From: Eledone cirrhosa
Taxonomy: Eukaryota
Length of the DNA: 64,000 nucleotides
Direction: 5' to 3'
Assembly: GCA_964016885.1 (NCBI GenBank)
Contig: OZ024750.1
Span: 17,546,001 to 17,610,000 of the forward strand
Shown: positions 1 through 10,984 of the stretch, piece by piece
Numbering within the stretch: the first letter of the stretch is position 1
How the letters are laid out: every line of letters starts with the position of its first letter
Translations under genes and position numbers: made by a program
Notes under the pieces: generated by a model
Told to the model about the DNA's origin: nothing
What the model saw: the letters and a program-made list of their open reading frames with translations, nothing else
Databases searched by the model: none

Positions 1-663
1 ACCACCACACCACCCATCTCTACCCACCACCACCCCACCACTCATTACTACCCACTAGCAGGCTCTCTCCCTCTGTGTCTCTCTCTCTCTCTATCTCTAT
101 CTCTCTCTCCCTCTTCTCTCTTTCTCCCTCTCTTCCCCTCTCTCTCTCCCCCTCTCTTTCTCTCTCTATTCCCCTCTATCCCCCTCTCCCCCTCTATATC
201 CCCCCCCTCTATCTCTCCCCCCTATCTCTCCCTCTTTCCTTCCCTCTCTCTCCCTATCTATCTCTCCATCCACACCACCCATCACTACCCCCTGTTCCCA
301 TCACCACCAATGACCCACTAAATGCTCACCCTGTACTATCCACCACCCAACACCACACCATGACCCACTAACCTCTCAATTTACAGTTTGTATATTACAC
401 CACACACACACACACACACATTATACCACACACACATTATACCACACACACATTATACCACACACACACATTATACCACACACACAGTACACCACACACA
501 TACAGTACACCACACACACATACAGTATACCACACACATACAGTATACCACACACACACACACATTACACCACACATGTGGTATATGACATACTACAAAC
601 TATATCTAGCCAATAACATAAACACATAGCTACATGATGACACAGCAGGTTTACCATCACCAT

Positions 664-1184
664 TAATAATAATTGTTTCTACTTTTGGCACAAGGCCAGC
701 AATTACGCAGAGCATTACTGGTACTTTATTTTATCGACCCCGTAAGGATTAAAGGCAAAGGTAACCTCGGCGGGATTTGAACTCAGAATGGCAAGAGCCG
801 TAACTCTATGCATCAAAGCATGGTGTCCGACTGATACTGCCAATCCATCACCATTCATAATAATTGTTTCTACTTTAGGCACAAGGCCAGCAATTACCCA
901 GTGTATTACTGGTACTTTATTTTATCGACCCCGTAAGGATGAAAGGCAAAGTAAACCTCGGCGGGATTTGAACTCAGTAATAATGATAATAATAATGATA
1001 ATAATTGTTTCTACTTTTGGGACAAGGCCAGAAAATACCCAGTACATTACTGGTACTTTATTTTATCGACCCCGTAAGGATGAAAGGCAAAGTTAACCTC
1101 GGCGGGATTTTGAACTCAGATCATAAAGGGACGTAACTCTATGCTTCAAAGCATGGTGTCCGACCCTCTACCGATACTGCCAAT
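664..1184 (-). mobile_element. Three adjacent copies (two near full, one partial) of SINE family A (tRNA-like head, Meta/MESC-like core)
   Basis: Reverse complement of GGATTGGCAG..GAGTTCAAATCCCGCCGAGG..GCCTTTCATCCTTACGGGGTCGATAAAATAAAGTACCAG..GGCCTTGTGCC..AGAAACAATTATT. Confidence 0.85.
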
Positions 1185-2525
1185 GATAATAATACCTCCC
1201 ACTCATCCTCCTACTCCCCTTCATCATTGAAATAATAATTAAATTTGTCATCATTACCCTCATCCCGCTCCTCATCATCAAACATTATATTTCAATGTAA
1301 TCTGGATTGTATCATAACATGTCATCAACCACCGCCATTACACTCTCTCTCTCTCTCTCTCTGCCACCATCTCCACCATCAGGACAGTCATTGCTACCAC
1401 TACCTCCTCCACCACCACCATTACTGTACTTGCTACTACCACCACTACCACTACCACCACCATTACTGTACCTGCTACTACCACCACTACCACAACCACC
1501 ACCACCACCACCACCACCACCACCACCACAACTTTCATTTCAGTCTCTGCTACCAACACCACCATTACTACCACCATTACTACCACCACCACAACAACTA
1601 TCATTACTGTCTCTGCCACCACCACCACCACAAATACCACCACCACTACCACCACCGCTACCACCGCTACCACTACCACTACTACTTCCACCACCACCAC
1701 TACCTCCACCACCACCACCACTACCTCCACCACCACCACTACCACCACCATCACCACCACCACCACCACTACCTCCACCACCACTACCTCTACCTCCACC
1801 ACCACTACCTCCACCACCACAACCACTACGACCACCACCACCACCACTACCACCACCACCACCACTACCACCACCACCACTACCACCACCACTACCACCA
1901 CCACTGCCACAACTCCTCCTCCTCCTTATAATAGACTCACTCCATCCCCTACAGCATACTTCACCCCACGAAACATTTCCTTTCTCCATTGCCCACCCCC
2001 TTGCTGCATAATACATAACACACTACATTCTCCCTGCACCCCACCCACACTTACCCTCCATTCCCTTCTTACCTTACCCCTGATTACCCACACCACAGTC
2101 ACACAATAACTACCCACCCCACCACCACCACCTCTCTCCATTACCCCCCTCCCTGTTACAGTCACACAATAACCACCCACCACCACTACCACCAGCAGCC
2201 CAGAATGTTTGCCTTCTCTCTCTCCATCTATCTCTCTCTATTACCTCTTACAAAGCCCCCTCCACCCATGGTCACATAACAACCAACACCATCACCACCA
2301 TCTCTCTCTCCCCTCTCTCTCCCCTCTCTCTCCCATCTCTACCCCTCTCTCTCCCCTCTCTACCCCTCTTTTCCCCTCCCCCCTCTACCCCACACACTCT
2401 CCCCCTCTCTACCCCACACTCTCTCCCCTCTCTCCCCCTCTCTCTCTCTCACATCTCCCCCCTCTCTCTGGAATCAGCTGTGTTCAGATCTGGAGATGAG
2501 ATGGGCTCCACCAAGTTTTAAATGT

Positions 2526-3914
2526 TTAACCCTTTAGCATTTACATTACTCCATATATACTATTGTATTTTCACAGTAAAGCCTTTACCTCACATAATAT
2601 CTCTCATAACATTTACATTACTCTATATATACTATTGTATTTTCACAGTAAAGCCTTTACCTCACATAATATCTCACATAACATTTACATTACTCTATAT
2701 ATACTATTGTATTTTCACAGTAAAGCCTTTACCTCACATAATATCTCACATAACATTTACATTACTCTATATATACTATTGTATTTTCACAGTAAAGCCT
2801 TTACCTCACATAATATCTCACATAACATTTACATTACTCTATATATACTATTGTATTTTCACAGTAAAGGCTTTACCTCACATAATATCTCTCATAACAT
2901 TTACATTACTCTATATATACTATTGTATTTTCACAGTAAAGGCTTTACCTCACATAATATATCTCATAACATTTACATTACTCTATATATACTATTGTAT
3001 TTTCACAGTAAAGCCTTTACCTCACATAATATCTCACATAACATTTACATTACTCTATATATACTATTGTATTTTCACAGTAAAGCCTTTACCTCACATA
3101 ATATCTCTCATAACATTTACATTACTCTATATATACTATTGTATTTTCACAGTAAAGCCTTTACCTCACATAATATCTCACATAACATTTACATTACTCT
3201 ATATATACTATTGTATTTTCACAGTAAAGGCTTTACCTCACATAATATCTCTCATAACATTTACATTACTCTATATATACTATTGTATTTTCACAGTAAA
3301 GGCTTTACCTCACATAATATATCTCATAACATTTACATTACTCTATATATACTATTGTATTTTCACAGTAAAGCCTTTACCTCACATAATACCTCACATA
3401 ACATTTACATTACTCTATATATACTATTGTATTTTCACAGTAAAGCCTTTACCTCACATAATATCTCTCATAACATTTACATTACTCTATATATACTATT
3501 GTATTTTCACAGTAAAGCCTTTACCTCACATAATATCTCACATAACATTTACATTACTCTATATATACTATTGTATTTTCACAGTAAAGCCTTTACCTCA
3601 CATAATATCTCACATAACATTTACATTACTCTATATATACTATTGTATTTTCACAGTAAAGCCTTTACCTCACATAATATCTCACATAACATTTACATTA
3701 CTCTATATATACTATTGTATTTTCACAGTAAAGACTTTACCTCACATAATTATCTCATATAATATCGAATCTATGAGATTTTGATATAATTTATTTTGAG
3801 AACAATGCTTTAACATCAGTATGAGCGACCAGTTGCAGTCGGCTTGGCCAGTTCGAACAGAAAGAGGTGAGGGAATTCTGGCCAGATATGGCCATTTTAA
3901 ATACTAAAGGATTA
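2526..3914 (+). mobile_element. piggyBac-like MITE expanded by ~17 copies of an internal 72-bp unit
   Basis: Starts TTAA-CCCTTTAGCATTT; 72-bp tandem at ~2539-3750; ends with the normal MITE right half and a degenerate TIR. Confidence 0.85.
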
Positions 3915-4875
3915 TTTAACACTGGTACCCCTGCAACTCACCAGGAGTTAGGGGTCTATATATATATATATATATATATATAAATGGCATAGACATTACA
4001 ATACAATAGGAGGAAACATAATAGCACCACTGTTGATGTTCCAGATGTGCAACGAAAGAATTTTGATAGACTATATATATATAGTATTTATAGTATATAT
4101 ATATGTATATATGTATATGTATATTGTATATCATTTTATATTCTATTATATCAATAACACTTTTTTTATATTGTATATGTTATCTTTTAATTTTTCTTAT
4201 TGGTTTCAATCATAAGATAGCAGCCATGCTGGAGCACTGCTTCCCAGGGGGGCTTTAGTTGTCCATATCAGCATTAGTAGTTATTTGTTGAGTCTGATAT
4301 AATCACCACAAACACCATAATTATCACCAACACTATCACCATCATCAGCAACTCAGTTTCTATCATCATCATCATCATCATCATCAACACCAACATAACC
4401 CACACCACTAAAATCCATCACTGCCATTACTTAGGTGTATCCAGTATCCCATCTTAGCTGCACCCAGTACTCCACCCTACACACACCTAGCACCCCACCC
4501 TAGCTGTAACCAGCAAGCCTACCCGACACATACCCAGCACCCAAACCAAGATGTACCCACTGACACAAAGGTGTGCATTAAATTACACAGTAATGTGTAT
4601 TGATCTTAGTTTAATCTATCTATTGTATATATATATGTATAGAGAGATATTTATTTATTTATATTCATGTATATAAAATAAATATAATAGGTCTCATTCT
4701 ATCCATACAGGTGCAATGTATACAGACACCTGCATATACACCCACACATGTACCATACACACACACATACACATATATATATATTTATATATACATATAT
4801 ATATACACACACACACACACATATGAATGTCATTAGCTGTGATGGCTAACACAAACTATTGATTATAATATATAT

Positions 4876-4932
<57 letters not shown>

Positions 4933-4935
<3 letters not shown>

Positions 4936-5031
4936 TGTCCCCAAAAAATGTATACACACTTCAACAGCTTTCTAATAAATATTGCTTGTACAGGTAATCA
5001 AAGTGTGTATACATTTTTGGGGGATACCCTG
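4933..5031. mobile_element. Tc1/mariner-type MITE
   Basis: ~29-bp imperfect TIRs CAGTGTCCCCAAAAAATGTATACACACTT / AAGTGTGTATACATTTTTGGGGGATACCCTG with TA on both sides. Confidence 0.8.
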
Positions 5032-5039
5032 TATGTATG

Positions 5040-5071
<32 letters not shown>

Positions 5072-5403
5072 CATATGTATGTGTGTATATATATATATAT
5101 GTATATATAATGGTGGGGAGGAGTAGTTATAAAACAATGCTCTTTACCTGGTTTATATTCTCTGTGTGTGTGAGAAGGAGGGGGGGGGCATGTGTGACTA
5201 TACTGATCACCCAACTAATGTAGGGGTGTGGTGGGGGTATAGTGCTGAAGGTGCAACATTATGAGGGATAGTGTCAGATATAGATTAGATGGTGGGATGA
5301 GAAGAGGGGGGGGGGGGTTTATCATCGGAGTTTCTTATGGAAAGGAAGCAAAGAGACATCTAAGAAAAATAGAAACAAACAATCAAAGGTAAAATATGGA
5401 AGT

Positions 5404-5655
5404 GGAGTGAGTGTGACTGAAGGAAGAATGGCTGGAGTGAATGTGACTCAAGGAAGAATGGCTGGAGTGAATGTGACTCAAGGAAGAATGGCTGGAGTGA
5501 ATGTGACTCAAGGAAGAATGGCTGGAGTGAATGTGACTCAAGGAAGAATGGCTGGAGTGAGTGTGACTCAAGGAAGAATAGCTGGAGTGAATGTGACTCA
5601 AGGAAGAATGGCTGGAGTGAATGTGACTCAAGGAAGAATGGCTGGAGTGACTCAA
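5404..5655. repeat. 30-bp minisatellite (~8 copies)
   Basis: GCTGGAGTGAATGTGACTCAAGGAAGAATG. Confidence 0.95.
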
Positions 5656-5758
5656 GAGAGTATGACTTGGAACTAAGCAATCTCTTATGTATTTCTGTGT
5701 ACAAAGACATTAGACTGTATTTCATATAGTTTTAATGTTCACAGTGAGTCTTATAAAC

Positions 5759-5937
5759 TTAACCCTTTAGCATATTATTCTATATTTACTATTGTATTTT
5801 ACAGAAAAGGCTTTAACTCTTATAATAACTCACATAATATCGAATCTATGAGATTTTGATATTATCTATTTTGAGAACAATGCCTTAACATCAGTATGAG
5901 CAGCTAGTTACAGCCAGTTTAAATGCTAAAGGGTTAA
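5759..5937 (+). mobile_element. piggyBac-like MITE
   Basis: TTAA-CCCTTTAGCAT...ATGCTAAAGGG-TTAA. Confidence 0.85.
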
Positions 5938-6016
5938 ACTCTACTTTGGTATTGAGTATACATTCTCACATTTGTCAACATCACACGTGGATGTGTGTGT
6001 GTGTAAGCAGGTAAAA

Positions 6017-6327
6017 GATTGGTAGTGTCAGTAGAACGTCAGACATGTTTTGAAGCATAGAGTTACGGCACTTTACGTTCTGAGTTCAAATCCCGCCGAG
6101 ATTAGCTTTGCCTTTCTTTGCATTATGTTATGGATTGGTAGAGTGTCGGACATGTTTTGCAGCATAGTTACGACCCTTTACGTCCGTTCTGAGATCAAAT
6201 CCTGCCAAGGTTAGCTTTGCCTTCCATCCTTATGGGGTCGATAAAATGATGCACCAGTGATACACTGGGGTCGATTTAATCGATTTTCCCTTCCCCCAAA
6301 ATTGCTGTGCCAAAAGTAGAAACAATT
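6017..6327 (+). mobile_element. SINE family A (head fragment plus full copy)
   Basis: B-box-like GTTCAAATCCC, core and tail as in other copies. Confidence 0.8.
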
Positions 6328-6353
6328 ATGTTGTAATATTATGTATGCATTAA

Positions 6354-6941
6354 AACATGTGGGATTATTGTCATGGCATACCACCTGTATTACAACATGT
6401 GGGGGTTATTGTCATGGCATACCACCTGTATTACAACATGTGGGGGTTATTGTCATGGCATACCACCTGTATTACAACATGTGGGGTTATTGTCATGGCA
6501 TACCACCTGTATTACATGTGGGGGTTATTGTCATGGCATACCACCTGTATTACAACATGTGGGGGTTATTGTTGTGGCATACCACCTGTATTACATGTGG
6601 GATTATTGTCATGGCATAACACCTGTATTACAACATGTGGGGGTTATTGTCATGGCATAACACCTGTATTACAACATGTGGGGGTTATTGTCATGGCATA
6701 CCACCTGTATTACAACATGTGGGGGTTATCATGTCATGGCATACCACCTGTATTACAACATGTGGGGTTATTGTCATGGCATAACACCTGTATTACAACA
6801 TGTGGGGGTTATTGTCATGGCATACCACCTGTATTACAACATGTGGGATTATTGTCATGGCATACCACCTGTATTACAACATGTGGGGTTATTGTCATGG
6901 CATACCACATGTATTACAACATGTGGGGTTATCATGTCATG
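6354..6941. repeat. ~41-bp minisatellite (~14 copies)
   Basis: ACATGTGGGGGTTATTGTCATGGCATACCACCTGTATTACA. Confidence 0.95.
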
Positions 6942-7056
6942 TAAACATAGATTTGAAAAAAACAAAAAAATACATAGTCATGCCTGACATCTTTCTTGAT
7001 AAGCCTGGGAGGTTGTCATGACATCCTACCTTCTCCTCCATGTGTGTGACTGTGTG

Positions 7057-7090
<34 letters not shown>

Positions 7091-7175
7091 TATGCATATA
7101 TAGAGATATATAGATATCTATATATATATATGCATATATATATACATGCATATACATAAATATGCATATATAGAG

Positions 7176-7208
<33 letters not shown>

Positions 7209-7652
7209 TATACATGCATATACATATAAATGCATATATAGAGATATAGAGATATGTATATATATATATGCATATTTATACATGCATATACATATACATG
7301 CATATATATAGATATGTATATATATATATATATGCACATATATACATGCATATACATATACATGCATATATATAGATATATAGATATGTATATATATATA
7401 CATATATATATGCATATATATTTATGCATATATATATATGCATATATATATATGCATATACATATATATATATATATATATATATGCATATATATATACA
7501 TGCATATACATATATATATACATGCATATATATATATATATATATATGCATATATATATACATGCATATACATATATATATATATATATACATGTATATA
7601 CATATATATATATATACATGCATATATATATACACGCATATATATATGCATG

Positions 7653-7700
<48 letters not shown>

Positions 7701-8044
7701 TATACATTTATATATAAATGTTAATTGGAAAATGAAATTTATTGGTGGATCTCAGAAGGCATATCCTGCAAATTTGGTGAATGCTTATGTGCATGCATTA
7801 TAAATGTATGTGTGTGTGTGTATATATATATGTATGTGTTATATATATATATATATATATATAATGTGAGTATATATATGTGTGTTTATATATATATATA
7901 CATATATGTGTGTATATATATATATATACACATATATATATGTGAAGTATTTCTGTCGGAAAAGTCAAGGAAAGAAGAGTGCTCTATGTAGGTAACAGAG
8001 CTTAATAGTTATGTAATAAACAACATTATGTTGTTTATTACATA

Positions 8045-8078
<34 letters not shown>

Positions 8079-8386
8079 CAGTATTTTTTAAAACATTCAT
8101 GGTACATGTTTGCTTTCTATTTAGTATAAAATGTGTGGTGGTGGTGGTGGTGGTGATGGTGATAGCAATGGTGGTGGTGGTGGTAGTAGAAATATCTCCC
8201 ACCTCTCAACAGGTGTTATTGCAAGAGCCATGTTGTGTCTGTATATATGTGTGTATGTATATATATATATATATATATATATGATATATTTTCTTTAGGT
8301 CGTTTTAGAACTCATATATATATATATATATATATAAATATTAAAATTCAAATATTAATAAAATAGATGTTCTTGTGATCAATTAA

Positions 8387-8452
8387 ATTTTATTATACAT
8401 ATTTCAGAGGTAAGTGAATCAGGTTCAACAGTACGTCCTCATCAGATAAAAT
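8387..8452 (-). ncRNA. Mirror-image copy of the same hammerhead motif on the minus strand
   Basis: Reverse complement of 8606-8671, with differences only in the stem II loop. Confidence 0.6.
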
Positions 8453-8605
8453 AAAATGATATATGACATACCCTGAGATGTTAGATGGTTAAGATTTAAT
8501 CAAGGTAGTCTACCTTAGTCTACCTTAGTCTACCTTAGTCTACCTTAGTCTACCTTGATTAAATCTTAACCATCTAACATCTCAGGGTATGTCATGTATC
8601 ATTTT

Positions 8606-8671
8606 ATTTTATCTGATGAGGACGTACTGTTGAACCGTATTCACTTACCTCTGAAATATGTATAATAAAAT
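8606..8671 (+). ncRNA. Type-I hammerhead ribozyme motif (minimal stem III) in Penelope-like pseudo-LTR
   Basis: Stem I ATTTTAT (8606-12) pairs with ATAAAAT (8665-71). CTGATGA at 8613-19; stem II GGAcGTA...TACcTCT with inner TGAA/TTCA; GAAA at 8653-56; 2-bp stem III with ATGT loop; AUA triplet at 8662-64. Confidence 0.65.
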
Positions 8672-8809
8672 TTAATTGATCACAAGAACATCTATTCTAT
8701 TAATATTTGAATTTTAATATTAATAACTCTGGAAAATATTCGCTGTAGAGTGCTTCCAATCTACTGTAAAACTCATTCTTTGATGTAATCAGTGAATCTT
8801 GTTTAACTC

Positions 8810-8841
<32 letters not shown>

Positions 8842-8896
8842 GGGATAACAAATTATTGTTATAGGTAGTCCAATTGATTTATATATATATCCATTG

Positions 8897-8950
<54 letters not shown>

Positions 8951-9124
8951 TCACATAAACATGTACATATATAAATAGTTGTATATCAGTGATTGTATCA
9001 CTTAGACTGATTGACTACATACACATATACACCATCTGTTGTTTAACTTACACACACATACACACCTACACACATCCCGTATTACTTGGCACATATACAT
9101 ATACACCTACACACACACACACCT

Positions 9125-9180
<56 letters not shown>

Positions 9181-9443
9181 TTATAATCATGTTAAATACA
9201 CGTGCCCAAACTCCAATATTCACATACACAGATATATAATATATATATATTGCATCGGCCATATAATATATATATCATCATCATCATCATTTAACATCTA
9301 TCTTCCACGCTAGCATGGGTTTAGACGGGAATTGTCCTACTTGAGGCAAGATTGGTCGGGAGACCGTGTCTCGCTCGTATAGGACTGTCTGGCAGGTTTT
9401 CTACGGCTGGATGCCCTTCCTAACACCAACCACACTTACAGTG

Positions 9444-9473
<30 letters not shown>

Positions 9474-9477
<4 letters not shown>

Positions 9478-9725
9478 GTTTCTACTTTTCGCACAAGGCC
9501 ATCAATTACCCAGTACATTACTGGTACTTTATTTTATATATATATAATTTTATATATATAATTGTTTCTACTTTTGGCACAAGGCCAGCAATTACCCAGT
9601 ACATTACTGGTACTTTATTTTATCGACCCCGTAAGGATGAAAGGCAAAGTTAACCTCGACAGGATTTGAACTCAGACCGTAAAGGGACGTAACTATGCTG
9701 GAAAGCATGGCGTCCGACTCTCTAC
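9474..9725 (-). mobile_element. SINE family A (tail fragment plus near-full copy)
   Basis: Matches the family A sequence. Confidence 0.8.
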
Positions 9726-9781
9726 AATGATGATAATAATGATAAAAAGGACAAGGTGCTAAATCTTTATTACATTTATTG

Positions 9782-9876
9782 AGGTGTGACCTGTGTTTCG
9801 CGACTGATCAGCCCAAGGTTCGATCACTCTGTATTGATCGTGCCCAACTCTGGAATCAAAAGCTCATAAGACTTCT
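9782..9876 (-). ncRNA. Degenerate hammerhead motif with long stem II, followed by AATAAA
   Basis: Minus strand: AGAAGT-CTTATGA-GC...(nested TGAT/ATCA, CGATCA/TGATCG)...GC-GAAAC-ACAG-GTC-ACACCT-C-AATAAA. G5 is mutated and stem I pairs at 4/6. Confidence 0.4.
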
Positions 9877-10084
9877 GTTATGATAATAACAGAATATGTA
9901 TATCGTTATACTTTGGGAGGGTCATGTTGCCAATAAGAAACACACGCACCAGTTGCTTTCACTTCAATTTATTATAATAAATTTATAAATTTAGGAATTT
10001 ATAAATTTCCGGTTGGTTGGTTGGTTCCACAACCAGATGGTTGTTTATATATTGTCAAAGTTCTTTCGTCACACATTCTGTGGA

Positions 10085-10255
10085 CATTGCCTTTCCCTTG
10101 GACATCATCGGTGGCATGGAGAGGGGAGGCTGGTATGTATGGGTAACTGTTGGTCTTCCACAAATAAACTTGCCCGGACTTGTGCTTCGGAGGAAACTTT
10201 CTAGGTGCAAATCCCATGGCCATTCGTGACCGAAGGGGGTCTTTACCCTTTACCC
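10085..10255 (+). mobile_element. SINE-like family C 3' part ending in (TTTACCC)n; diverged inverted copy at ~45262-45400
   Basis: TTTCTAGGTGCAAATCCCATGG matches the reverse complement of CCATGGGTTTTGCACCTAGAAAG at ~45294. Confidence 0.6.
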
Positions 10256-10259
10256 TATA

Positions 10260-10720
10260 TAGTATAAGCAAAGTTTAATATAACCAACATGTATATGCTA
10301 CCATCAGTTTCAAGGTCCAGTTTTGGCGACCACTGAAAAATTGGAGGAGGCGCTTTTAAACTGGCTTTTCATTCGGGTATGTGGACAAAGATATTAAATG
10401 GGAAGTAGTTACCCCTTCTATATATCTATCTAAGGCGGGTAAAATTCCCGAGATCCATGGAGTTCTCTCCAGCGGTCTCTGTCCCTCATTATCGCTGCCA
10501 TATCCTGCATCTCCAACAGACCAGTGTCTGTCCTTAGGGCATCAACATATGTTAACCTTGGTCTTCCTCTTCTAGTGTGTCCATGTATAACGAGGGATAA
10601 CTACCCGAATGAAGGGCCAGCTTAAAAGCCCATCCTTCAATATACTGTGGTGGCCATAACTGGACTGCGAAACTAATGGTAGCACATACATGTTGGTTAT
10701 ATTAAACTTTTTTTACACTA
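10260..10720. mobile_element. Diverged fold-back element (about 130-155-bp inverted arms), PLE/MITE-like
   Basis: AAAGTTTAATATAACCAACATGTATATGCTACCAT...TTCATTCGGGTA..GTAGTTACCCCT (10260-10416) mirrors 10594-10720. Confidence 0.7.
10430..10588 (-). mobile_element. RTE-clade LINE ORF2 3' end (5'-truncated)
   Basis: Open frame IHGHTRRGRPRLTYVDALRTDTGLLEMQDMAAIMRDRDRWRELHGSREFYPP* then an ATAG-type tail. RGRP..TY.D.L..D...M.DR..W is the typical RTE C-terminus. Confidence 0.8.
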
Positions 10721-10984
10721 AATAAGCTCTCTTGCAACAGATTGAACAGTTTTCCTTGATCTTTCATCTACGGTTTTCTACCCACCCACCCACCCACCCC
10801 CACAGACACACAGACACACTCACATATAAGTCTAAATTGGTTATTCATTCTTAATTTACTATATATATATATATATTGAGGTTCTTACAACATAGCTTTG
10901 ATGTTTCAGCAAAGTGAGCTGTTTGTTAAGCTTCTTCAGAAGAGCTTAGCAAACTACCAGCTTATGTCTATAAATGTATACACA

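Larger units (their letters stand above)
8337..8812. mobile_element. Penelope-like element remnant: inverted pLTR pair (172-bp arms) embedded in (TA)n
   Basis: 8337-8508 is the near-perfect reverse complement of 8550-8721. The centre holds 5 x AGTCTACCTT (8507-8556). The right arm continues to the (TA)n at about 8813. Both arms carry the hammerhead motif. Confidence 0.7.

Noticed and set aside
1245-2016. Formin/extensin-like poly-Pro or poly-His ORFs
   Set aside because: (CCA)n microsatellite open in most frames; no adjacent domain or splice support.
2522-3784. 420-aa and 399-aa repetitive ORFs
   Set aside because: Translation of the 72-bp unit inside a MITE.
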